Below are positions 48,445-60,773 of a stretch of DNA of 64,000 nucleotides, in pieces (within the stretch, counting starts at the first letter, position 1; the number at the start of each line of letters is the position of its first letter). The notes under the pieces were generated by a model. That model worked only from the letters and a program-made list of their open reading frames with translations, was not told the DNA's origin and did not search any database. The stretch is from Leptogorgia sarmentosa (Eukaryota): positions 1,364,001-1,428,000 of the forward strand of contig OZ210884.1 of NCBI GenBank assembly GCA_964658305.1. Reading direction: 5' to 3'. Position numbers and translations under genes: made by a program.

Positions 48445-51339
48445 ATTCTTGTTGTATTGCTGCTGCCTGTTACACATAATTTATTGCATTACATGGACAG
48501 AGAAGTATAGCTATAGCTAACATAAATATATTCCTTTTAATTATTACAAATATACAATTTCCTAATGAGTCATAATTATGTCGATACGTTTTATACATGC
48601 ACAGATATACTTATAACATTCATTTTAGCGGTTGACTTTCGTTAGTGTAATTTAATGGTAGAAATGTTTAGTACCATTTTTAACGATAGCACTTGTGTGA
48701 CAATGATGTATACGTAATAATTGTCATTCTATTCAAATCTCAGCGCATCCAGCAAAATTTCCACTCACTATCGAAACGATACTTGCAAATTTAGATTTGA
48801 CGTTCTGAATGAATAAGATTTTGAATATGATTCAACGTTCCACAGAGGGTTTGCTCTAAACTTCGAACTTGGTGTTATTGTAGCTGCATGTATGGTTTAG
48901 AAATTTTGAAAAGTAGAAATTTTCCGGCGTGCTAATGTAATTGTTATGTTACATGATCACTCGCTAATCAGGAAAGAAACTGAATGCAACAAGAAAAGTT
49001 TTGCGTGGAAGCGTATTACTACGCAAAATATAAGCAAAGGTTTTATAGATCGACCAACAATATAATACTTGTATATATAGTTCATTAACAACGTGGAGCA
49101 TCGCGTAATTTTAATTGGACGGTGTTTTGCTATTTTTAATGTAAATATATATAACTTAATTAAAAATTGAGGCTATCGTGATAACCAGGCGGAATAAAAT
49201 TGAAAATCTTACCTGATCCTTTATTCAGATAGCTGCACAACTTGTATATCAGTAAAATATTATAGCTTAAAGAACAATGTTCCTTAACCATCCCAAGAGA
49301 GTAGAATGGAATATATTTTGTTCATCAACAATAAACACCGGCAATTAAAACGCCTTTGAGTGCTGTGTCAGCTTGATATCTCCCCGATCGCGATCACCAG
49401 CAACTCTTGCTGTTTGAGTTGATGGAAGTTTTAATGAATAATATATGAATAAAACTAAATGTCAAAGTCAAACTGTATATTTTGTTATTAAAATTCATAT
49501 CTTTGAGCCGCCGGGTAACATATACTGTTTCTTAAATAATCAAAATGAATGCAAGCAACTAATGTGTTTAGTGATATTAAAGATTTCAGAACACCTATGG
49601 CTGGTTGTTCAAACGCCGGTTAGTTTAATCATGGGTTAACTCAAAATTCAGATAGAGATTTTTTCTTTGAAGTTTCCAAGTAAACACATGGGGAGAAATA
49701 CACAAATCTAAAACACTGGCTTAAAATTTAACCCAAGATGAGCCTTAACCTAGCTTTGAAGTTTGAACAAGGCCCGCCCCCCCCCCCCCCCCCCTAATGG
49801 GGAATACTTCTATACGAGGTATCAAATACTTGCTCTTGTGCAAATTTCGAGACTAAAAATGATGGATTTAGCGAGTGGGCAGAAAAAAGTACACCTCTTT
49901 GATTCAGTATAACTTTATTGAAAGCTTTAAGGGTGGTATTGAACAAGTTAAGGCAAAAACAACTATAATTATGAATACTGTTGCCATGGTCACTAAGTAG
50001 TTCGCTTTCTACTGTTATTTTCGAGGTCATACAATAGGCACGTGTTCAGCTGGGACCGATTTTTGCAAAAACCTGGGCAACAATTCAGAAAATAACGAGC
50101 TCTATTATTTTGTAACGAAGCCTGGAAACCATGTATGATTCTATTTACTATGCCTTCGCACAGTTGTTTCAATTCGCTTTGAAAAGTGCCTTAAAATGAA
50201 CTGATCAGCAATAAAAACCAGCATGATTAAAATGCGAAGGCGGTAATTTCAGGCAGGCTTGATGTCGGCCCGACCACCAGCAACTCTTGCTGTTTGAGTT
50301 GATGTGAAGTACTCTTATACGAGCTATCAATTATATACCTGTTCTCGTGCAAATTTTAAGCCGAACACCAGTAACTCTTGCTGTTTGAGTTGATGAAACA
50401 TTTGAATGAAACAGTGACGTGAATATCGGATATTATAATTGCTACAAATACATACATGCAGCAACCCCTCGCTCGTCTTACACGGCCAAGTCTACAGAGC
50501 AGCTATATTCTATAGCAACATGAGGTACTGAGGGATTGTTATAATATTATCGCGTATCTATTTGTCGTTTCTCTTGCCTGTCTTTTTCCAGCATTAATGT
50601 CTTCCCAGGAGTCTTTTATAGTCTTTTTTTCTCGTCTTTTGTTGTCAGTCCGCCATATTTTTGAGATCAGAGATGACCACCCACCAACCTTGAACCAAAC
50701 CCAAAATGGCGGTGTAACTTTGGATTCCGCTATGCTATCCTTTACAAATAGCCATGCGGAATTACCCTCGCCCCGGACGAAGATCATGGCAAGATATAAA
50801 CGAATGTATGTATTTACTAAGATTAAACATTACAGGACAACTAAACATTAAATATTTCTACACAAGGTGGCTAAAGTCAAAATATAACAATTTCACGAAA
50901 GTTCTAATTCCTTTGACTAAAATCTTCAGTTTTCAGGATGACGTTCTTAATTGTTCATAGTCTCGCTTTCACACAGTTGTTAACTTCGGCCGATTGAAAA
51001 TTGCTTTAATAAAGCAATTGACCGAAAACTACGTAAACTAATTAACGTGTATCGCTATAGGGCTAACAGAAGACTTTACTCATAATATATATGAACTCCT
51101 AATTATAAGTATTATTAATATTCATTCAAACAAATGCAGCAAAAATCTGCCGTTCAAACTATCGTGATTTTTAGGCCCGCGCCACATGAGAGCTCTTGGT
51201 TGAGCTAACTGCCACGCGAAGTCGCAGGAAAATATCAATCGTGTTGGATACTGTTTACACAGCTAAGCTATGACCTCGCTTGGCGGTTAGCTCACAAAAG
51301 AGCTTTCGGCTCTATGGGTTGAAATAAGTTTATCAATTA

Positions 51340-51692
51340 AGCCCCTTACAGACGAGCAAGTTTTCTATGACAAGTTTTTTATGTGCCAAGTTTACTTTGC
51401 TCGTCTGTACGTCCAAATTGCCAATTATTTCTATGACAAGTGCAATTGTTGAAAAGCTAGCATGCTGGCTTTTCAACAAGTGGACTTGTCGTAGAAAAAA
51501 TTGGGAAAGTAAAAATTTTGTCCGTCTGTACGGTCAACAAAGAAAACTTGTCAAAGTAAAATTGTTGACTTGTACAGACGGGAAAGAAAAACTTGTCACA
51601 TAAAACATGTTGTGCATACACACGTACACTTGGCAAAGTAAACTTGTCATATAAAAATTTGTAATAGAAAACCTGCTCGTCTGTATGGGGCT
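51340..51692. mobile_element. PIF/Harbinger-type MITE
   Basis: TIR AGCCCC(T/A)TACAGACGAGCA; TTA TSD; internal TGACAAG/CTTGTCA repeats. Confidence 0.8.
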
Positions 51693-51799
51693 TTAGGCTG
51701 ATATCACAACGATGATTAATTCGCAATGCAAATCAAGTTGCACGAGATTTGATTTGTTTAACAAATCGTCATTGGAGATCGTTTTGTGGAACCGGGACT

Positions 51800-54700
51800 T
51801 TAGCCCCAACACATTATTTTACCTAGGGTGTGAAAACCCCACTCATGAGGAGATCCCGTATCTCCAAATCTCAATTGGAGGACAGGCAAGGTGCTCTTGT
51901 CTGTCAAGAATCCATAATCTTCTCGCAGAACTTCATCATTAGCATCACAGTTGCAAACATAATTCGAATAACAACTGTTGTCCATAGCGCATGCGCACTT
52001 GCCACTGTCGACGTCCGCTCCACCCCAGTAATTCATCCTCTTGCCGTCACGGGACACCCACCAGCTGTCGCCTTGGTCAAACAATTCACTATAACGGCAT
52101 TCGTACTTTATAAACTGTTCGCAGTTTGCAGATTGGTTTATGATTGCAACAATCTGTTCCATTGTGACGTCGTAGGTAATATTTCTGATGTAAGATCCCG
52201 GTTTTTCATAACCGTCTACCTTAGTCCTCGATTCACTGTCATGTCCAATAACTGCCACGCCAATGCTACCTTTCGAAGCCATATCACAGTATACCGGAAA
52301 TGCTGAAGATGTGGTATTCGTGGGATTGATATAATATGTTCCACTTGGTATGCCGGGATACTTTGTTCGTATTGCTGTGCACGATGGATTCGCTTTCAAT
52401 CGATCTAGAAATTTCAATATTAAAGGGTTATTGACTGAGCGGACGTTCATGCTGTGAAATATCAGTGCAGATCGAACAAAGGAGGTCAATAATCCGTTTA
52501 TCATATGGATGAATTGAGTTTTGAGCATATGCTTTTCGCGCGAATAAAATCGGCTGTCATCAGTTTCACGTATACAGTAAACGATAGACATACATGTTCA
52601 ACAAAAAACATTTTGGTTGTTTGAAATTTTTGTCTGTAAATTTTGAATTGGAAATTAAACAGCAAAAATATTTTCCGTTTGCTAACCGAACTTTCCCGCC
52701 AGATAAATGACATCCGAAACACCGGTCCAGTACGGAAAATACGGACCACGGCCCGGATATGGGTTTTTATCACTGATCTATACTAATACTGGTCACTTGT
52801 CCTATTGTGTTCAGTGATTCAAATTTTGTAGCCGGAATATTTTTAATTCTCATTCGGTTTATAAATGTGTTAAATTTTAAACTAGACTAAAACGCTTGCT
52901 TTTTAAATTAGGTAGGCTATAGGCAAATACATTTTCCGATGTAATTTATGAAATACAGCTCCTAATATTTCCTAATATTATACCTCAAATTCAAATTGTC
53001 CAATGAAAAAACAGCATTTGTACCACGTGATAATGTGATTTTTTACGGTATTTCCCTCGATTTGACCTTGGGAGGGTAATTCCAATTTATATTCCCCTCT
53101 ACTTGGACTTTGACCTCCTGCCTGGCCTGTTTTGCGGGCAATTTCCTTGGCAACATGGCCGACAAAACACAGAATGTGTCGAAGATGAAAAATTTTCGGT
53201 ATAATATATCTGTTATCGACCTTTCACTCGGGGTATTCCACAAAAAAATACCCCTCGGAATGAAATATTCCTCGGGCTGCGCCCTCGGAATATTTCATTC
53301 CTCGGGGTATTTTTTTGTGGAATACCCCTCGTTCCAGGTCGATAACTGATAAATATTAGCTTTAGAACGTTTTAAACACCACATAATGAGGCTTTTGGCA
53401 GCCATATTGGATGCCTCCAATTACTTATTCATTGGCGAATTTAGGAAAAAATAAGACCAACAACTGATAAGAAATTCTCTGGAAAATGTTTTTCAACTAG
53501 CACCAACAATTAGAAACGTATAGAAACTTTTTAGACATCTCCCCAACACCAAAATAGATTTGAGTGGGCCATACAATATGGCCGCCAGTAGCTTCATTTA
53601 TTCATAGCAGATGCACTATCCGGTCTTAGTATATATCATTGGTTTTTAAGGACCGCTTGTCAACCAATCAGAATAGATAATTTTGAAAAGCCATATAATA
53701 ATAAGGACTTATTGACCGAGTGTGAGGTCTGTGCGGGAAGTATTGCCTAAAGGTTTCGTACAGTGCGTTAAAAACCGAAGGCAATTCCAGTATACACCGA
53801 GCAAACGAGGTTAATAATAAAGGATTTATTATATGCCTATGGCTTTTTCTCGATCGCAACTCGTTTTCGTTCTGAACGAACGAAAATGTTCTTCGAACGT
53901 TTTCTTTCACACATTTCTCGTTCTCCCAAACTTGTACTCGTGTTTACATAACTCGATGTAAACACCGAAAATGTTTTCTATTCTTTAAATTAAACTATAC
54001 TTATTTGCATGTCAACTGAAACAAAACTGTGGTTAAAATATTCTGAAATACTTATTCATTTTTATACTCAAATGGCATGTTGGAGTGATTCAACGAAGAG
54101 GCCGGCGCCTTTTGATGGTTGTTCATTATGCTCTATCCTGTAAATCTCACACATCTCATGAACATTAATGTTTTAGACAAAACAAAAAGAATTCAGCAAA
54201 GCCTCCATAGCAATCTGAGTAGATATTTCCCCCTTTGGACGAACAATTGGAAAGATCATCATTAATTTAGTGGAATTGTGAAGTTTGGTTTCAAAATAAC
54301 GTAAAATGTGGAAATACAGTCATTTAAATTTGCGAATTTTGTATAATACCTAATTTTAAGATTTTTTTATCATTGCAGATTTAATTTCTTGTAAAGTTTT
54401 TGTCTAGCACAATTACGCCCTTGACGCGAATCACGTTTTCATACCAGCCTACTATTACGACTTTGTGAGACATTTTAGGTTCATATCGCATGTGTGTGTA
54501 GAGAATGAATATTTTCGATTTTAGAAATGAGGGGGGCAGGTCATGCACCTGCAGAAAATTTTCTAATCTAGAGTCTCCGACATGACATGTCTTGCAAAAA
54601 TTCTGAAAATGACACGCATGCATTGATTATAAGTAGAGTTCATCGCATCTTCCAAGTTCGCAAGACATTTTATCACTGCACATTTTGCTTTTTATCACTG

Positions 54701-57700
54701 CTCATTTTACTTTATCACTGCACAAATTGCATTGGTTATCACTGCACATGCACTAAAATTAGGCATGTTTTGTATGCTTTTGTATACGCACGGCGAAGTG
54801 ATAATCAGAATATGATCTTGAAAAAAATTCAAAAATTTTTTATTTGTTCTTTTGTTCTCGAAATCTATGGATCTTAGGCCTACCTTGTATTTTCTCTTTA
54901 CAGGCCATGCTTTCGTTCTTGCTTTCTTCGACACCGCTTCCTTCCTAAAACAAGAAATCCAGTGGTGTTAATTGTGATAGTTAAAAGGAAAAACATTGAA
55001 GGTAAATATTCTAATTTTTTAACCGTTTTGTTTTGTTTTGTTGTTGCTGCTATCGGTCAGTTAACAATAGACAGTAGCTGCTGAGCCAATGAGAACTAGG
55101 CTGTGAGTATGTACGTAAGTGCATAGAATTATTCGGTAATTCAATAATATGTTCATTATCTTCGACGATCCAAATTGAAGAATCATGCAGTCATTGGGAA
55201 AAATAATCCTCTAAATAACTCCCTCGATCTTAGTGGCCTTAGTGGCAGGGTAAGCTGTAAGCTGATGTTACACGGATTGGATTGTCAACGATGATTCGCA
55301 ATGCAAATGCAAATGCAAATGCACGAGATTTGATTGGTTAAGCAGCCCGGTCCGAATTGTCGTTGAAAATCCTTTTGCGTAATATCAGCTCAACGTATGG
55401 TCTCGCTGTTGAAGGGTGTCAGGGAGAATTCTAGAAAATTTCCATAGACTGCAATTTTTGCACACTTTTCATGCTACAACCAGTCAGGGCCTCTTGTAAG
55501 GATCCACAACAGGAGGGGCATATTTTAAGGAGAACCTGGAAAGGTTGAGGAGGGATTTGGACAGGTACACTGTAGATATTCACCCGGTTTAATTACCATA
55601 GTTATTAGACAAATTAAAATAAAAATGAATTAAATACGAATGAATTTATTAACAATTAACGTTAAAATTAACGTTAAACATGTTGCCAACTACAGCCTGT
55701 AGTTTACAGTATCTTCACTTTGAATTATTTAAAGGTGCCCTCCACTCATAATGTAAACAAATGCTTTGTTGACATTTTGAACAGCTATATTTGTAAAATA
55801 TGATAATACTAACAGCATATCTAACGCTGTTTTGGTTTGCTATGGTCATAAATGGATATAAACCAGAGTTTTGATTCAAAAAAAAGTTCGGAACATTACA
55901 AAATTTTTGCAATGTTATATCTGCGGGTCCCGATTTGTTATGAGCAGAACCGATGCGCAGAACGGAGTGGACATCACCTTTAAATATTTAGAATGAGACA
56001 TTGAAAGAGGACCTTGCATCGGGGGGGGGGGGGGGGGGGGTGGGGGGACCTTCGTTATGTTTGATCAAGAATGATTTGAGATTTGAGAATCGGTAGATTT
56101 GACAATCACGGCATTCGCTAGATAGCGGAAACAACATGAGTTTTGACGACCAACGAGCAACCTTACTACTTTGAAGCTTCTTGCATTGCTAAAAATGGGT
56201 GCACAAGTGTACATGCATGTATCTGCGCCCATGCTACCAGCTCGATGATACAAACTTGTCAATACTCGATTTGTTGGATCTATCCCAAATGTCTCATCTT
56301 GCATGTATGAAATAGTATATCGCTAGCAAATAGCGCAAATTTAACTTAACTATATCTGTGCAAGCGCAGATACAAAAAAATGCGGTACTTATGGCTACGC
56401 GCGCAATGACATAGTATCTGCTACGCAGATACAAAAAGTTTAAAAGATTTATATTTTACCTTGATGTCACTATAATACACCCATTCTTCGTATCCAAAGA
56501 TATCCTTCTCTGTCCCGAGTGCCATGTTCACTGTAATGTTGCTAATATAACAATTCACCTCGGATTTATCGGTCGTTTTCTGGTTAAATATGAACATTTG
56601 ACATGACAGTTCATGGAAACAGTTGAGGAAACAGGTGGTTTCATGCTCCACGCGATGGCCGGATATGATGCTGTGATTCGAAAAGGGTAGGCAAGCTGAA
56701 AGAATACACAATCATATTGGATTCGTAATTTCTGTAGAAAATTCAAAACGTATACCAACATTAAAAAGAGAATTGTCAGAACAAAGTTAGTTTTGTATTA
56801 TCATGGTGAAATGGCGCAGAAAATATTTGTTGCCTTTTTTTATTATTGACCGAGATGAATGCGTGCGGCGCGCTGATTGGTTGATTGTATAATTTGCCCT
56901 CTCAAGAAATTTATTTTCTCGCAAACTTGTTAAAATAGTTGCGTTAATAGTTTCAAAATTGCATGTTACTATAGTCGCGACAGTATTAAATAACGTGCAT
57001 TTCCGGTCCATTCCTATGACTGTTCGTAGAGTTATAACCATTAATTATATCGTGATAAAAAAGGTAATATTTTAGCATACACTTGACATGTATCCGTGTT
57101 CTACGTTGGTCAGAAATCAAAGCATCGGCTAACTCTCAGTATTCGTTATTTGTTACGTTATTTCCGAAAAAAATTGTTGGATTTTTCGTGACGAAGCTCT
57201 GGCCCGCTCAGTAACTCGACACTTGAAGCGCGCCACAATAAAACAAAAAAAATGGCGGACTGCAGATTTGGTCCATTGGATGAAAACTCCTCAGTAAAAG
57301 CAGTTAAAAGCAGTTAAAAGCAGCAAGGAAAACCAAAAAGGGATGCAAAACTATATTTAAAAATATTGAATGAAGTGCCCATCTGCTTCAATGCAGTATT
57401 GTTATAAAACGAACAATTATTACGAAGTCGTTCAGTGTTAATTATCGCGTCCTCAGCTTCTGAATAATTCTAGATATCATGCTCAGCTTCACGCTAAAGT
57501 TGTTTATTTTTCATCGTAGTTGAAGACCTTGGACACTGTGATGACGCGTAAATGCTGAAGATTTCTTTTCTGCTAAGTCACTCGACGCAATGCTTATAAT
57601 TTATATAGATTCAGAACATGATTGTAGGGTAAGTTTTCTCTTCAGGGGCAGGTTGTTCAAACGCCGGTTAGTTCAACCCTGGGTTAACGTAAAATTCAAA

Positions 57701-58057
57701 GCAAATTCTCCAACAATTTGTTTATGAATTTAGAAATGTTTCTTCAGAAATCTTGTCTGGATCAATAAGAGTTTTCCTCTTTGACGTTTCCAAGTAAACA
57801 GACGTGCAGAAATACACAAACTGAAACACTTGGTTAAAATTTAACCCACGATTAGCCTTAACCTCGCTTTGAACAACCGGCCCCAGGATGAAAACTTTAA
57901 AATTAATAGCACAGGACAATTTCCATCCTATGTTTCTGAATATACCTCTGTTTACTTTCTTGAATCGTCTTTCTACACAACGTTGGATTTCTGTTGCAGC
58001 GCCCAAAACCATAATGAAGAAGAAGATCAAGATCGAGGACAAAATTAGCGTTGCCAT
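51800..58057 (-). CDS. Secreted PAN/apple-like + CASPR/neurexin-IV-type fibrinogen-like domain protein, paralogue B (337 aa)
   Basis: Exons 58057-57946, 56695-56460, 54944-54884, 52404-51800 (1014 nt). Signal peptide MATLILSSILIFFFIMVLGAA; same architecture and same phases of the first three introns as paralogue A. Confidence 0.85.
52977..53352. mobile_element. Non-autonomous palindromic element (Crypton-like)
   Basis: Long palindrome ggggtattccacaaaaaaatacccc...GCTGCGC (53276-53282)...ggggtatttttttgtggaatacccc; left end attatacctcaaatt matches 6439-6520. Confidence 0.65.
57646..57883. mobile_element. PIF/Harbinger-type MITE; other copies at about 6925-7160 and 49600-49775
   Basis: GGGCAGGTTGTTCAAA...TTTGAACAACCGGCCC, CAG TSD; homologous copies elsewhere in the window. 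Confidence 0.8.
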
Positions 58058-59509
58058 TGTATAATGCTGTGAACAGTACGCAATGTGTTTATTAATATAT
58101 CTCGCTTGTCTTTTAAATTTCGTCCTTCGTCAATGAACGATTAAAGTTCATTTTGCAAGCAAAAGATGCATAATGAAAATTGAGCCGACAGGGAAATGAT
58201 ATTGGCATATCAATTTAGCAATTAAAACGACCAAGATGTCAACAGTTGATCAATCCGATCAATAATGAATAGAGTTCGTGCAGCACACTGCGTCTCTTTT
58301 TATTCACACATGAATTTATTGTTTTAAAATAAAAAACCTATGCATTAAAATCAAGGGATATTATTGTAGTACTGTAGTGTATGAACTTTTCAAGGTTATC
58401 AAAACGAAGTCTAACAATTAATAGCAGAATTTTTTGTGGATTTACGAATTACGAAGTTTATTTAATATCATCGAATTAAATTGCCTGAACGCTGATTGGC
58501 TAAAATGCTTCGAGAATAAACTGTGCGAAATTGGCACTAATCACATGCACAGGTGTGCATATGTAGATGTATATTGATTTTAATTACACAGTTGCGCGAC
58601 CCTGAGAAATTGAATTGAAACGACCGAATTCAACGAACATTCAATGCATTTTAACTAATGAGATGCATTGAATGTGTACAGAAATGATATTGAACAGGGA
58701 ACGGTCCAATCCCCTAGTCAATAGAGAAGCTTTTGAAATGGGAAATTTCATTAGCGCTTTATCTAGAGCGTAATACCAAAACATACAAAATTCACACGAC
58801 TGCATGAATATTTACCAATTTTACAGTATTTTTCATCCAAACTTAATTTACAGTTTCGCTAAATTTAAGATTCTCTAGATCCAGATATTGGTGATTTATT
58901 TTACTAAGCCAAACGTTTGTCTCATGGGGCAAGGATTCATTACACAGTTGGAGAATATTGGCCAAACAAAATTACAATTTTTCATTATACTTCGAGGACA
59001 AATATAATTTTCTATATACTAATTAAACTAACGCTAAACCAATTTCTAACATATCAGTTACAATCAATGTCTGGGCAAATAAAGTTGTCATCAGGCATTC
59101 ATATTTTGGCGTTCTGCCGACTGATTTCTTTAGAAATTAATTCATAAACAACTGATTTCAAAAGAAACCAGTCGGCAGAACGCCAATATATGAATATGCA
59201 CCCCCCCCCCCCCCAATTAACGTTCTAGCGACGGCTCTGGTTGTCATGATATTGCCAAAACCTAAATAATAATATTATGACGTAAAGTTTGTTCTGCATG
59301 CGCATTGGCTCGGCGCATTATGATAAGTATTAGTAGAATCATACTCGTATACTATTGCAAATGCTGCAATTTGATTGGCTACTCTATTCGATATCTATTC
59401 CTCGATAGATAGCGAGTAGCAAAATATGTGAATTTTCGTTCAAGAAAATGTCTTCTGAGACGCGTTTTTAAATTATTTTTTTGCAATATTTTCATGTTTG
59501 ATCTCTGAT

Positions 59510-59626
59510 TCTACTAAAACAATTAGATTACTCGCTCTCGATTTCTACGAGATGATAGTTGATTCGGGCTTCGCCCTCATCAACTATCACCTCATAGAAA
59601 TCTCGAGCTCGTAATCTAATTGTTAA
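59510..59626. mobile_element. Palindromic end of a non-autonomous Crypton-like element
   Basis: aacaattagattacTCgctcTCgatttcta...gatTCgg-GCTTCGC-ccTCatc...tagaaatcTCgagcTCgtaatctaattgtt. Confidence 0.6.
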
Positions 59627-59888
59627 ATAAAACAATAATTGACAAAGTTCCTTAGAATTGATCACAAAGGTGATTTTGCATTTTACATCACACCATAGCC
59701 ATTCTTTAGTTCATTAATTTTACAAGATAACTGTACTAAAAATGGCGGCATATACTTGCTTTTGAATAATAATCGTTACATCATTAAGCACACATGTTGT
59801 TAGCTTCGTACACTACATCGTTCTTATGCATATAGCTTTTCACGACGTCATCATTCACTGAATATTAATAAACCGACTATGTGCATGT

Positions 59889-60773
59889 CATAGATATAGG
59901 AAACCTAGATTGCTGACTCCGTATAAAATGCGTGGCAACTTTTGAAAATCCAAGATGGCTGCTCAACCGGTCAAATTAATTTGAGCTAGTATAGGGAAAA
60001 CCATGTTTTTCGCATTTTACGTCCGCATAACGTTTCCGATCACGTTCTAACACCATTTTTTGGAAATAACTACCCGTGCTGAAGGTTTTGGATGAAAATT
60101 GTGCAATTTCAATGGAATTAACCCCGAAATAATCGATCGTAAAATGCTGCCAAAACAGTCACTTGCGGACACTTGACTTGGTTCGAGACATTTCAGGTCA
60201 AAAATGAAGCTTTTGGGTAACTTTGAGGTGTTGGAATATTCTATGTGAAAGATAAGAAATAGAAAGCGGCGTGTTGGTTGAGAAACAGGAAGCGATTTGT
60301 CGTCCACAATTCTCACTGTATAATATTTAGTCGTCGTTTCGGGAAGTGTATTCCGACCGAGTTGTCCGTGAAGGGAATTCATCCAAGAAGCCAAAGTTGA
60401 CAAAACTTATTCTTTCTGGCAACGATTAGTTCAAGAAAAATAAATTAGTTTACGGGTTGATAGGCTGGAACGTCTTGAAGGAACAATGTGACTGCCTTGG
60501 CAGCAATTTTCGATCGATTATTTGGGGGTTAATTCCATTGAAATTGCACGATTTTCATCCAAAACCTTCAGCGCGGGTAGTTATTTCCAAAAAATGGTGC
60601 TAGAACGTAATCGGAAACGTTATGCGGTCGTAAAATGCGAAAAACCTGGTTTTTCCTATACTAGCTCCTATTAATTTGACCGGTTGAGCAGCCATCTTGG
60701 ATTGCTCATGTTTGCCACATGCGTCAGCATATAATTATTCTACAGTCAGCAATCTAGGCTTCCTATATCTATG
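59889..60773. mobile_element. Foldback MITE (P-like CATAG termini)
   Basis: CATAGATATAGGAA(A/G)CCTAGATTGCTGACT...AGTCAGCAATCTAGGCTTCCTATATCTATG with about 260-bp arms; TSD degenerate. Confidence 0.8.

Noticed and set aside
57722..57945. C-terminal two-thirds of the 111-aa ORF 57722-58057
   Set aside because: Read-through past the exon-1 donor at 57945 into an intronic MITE.
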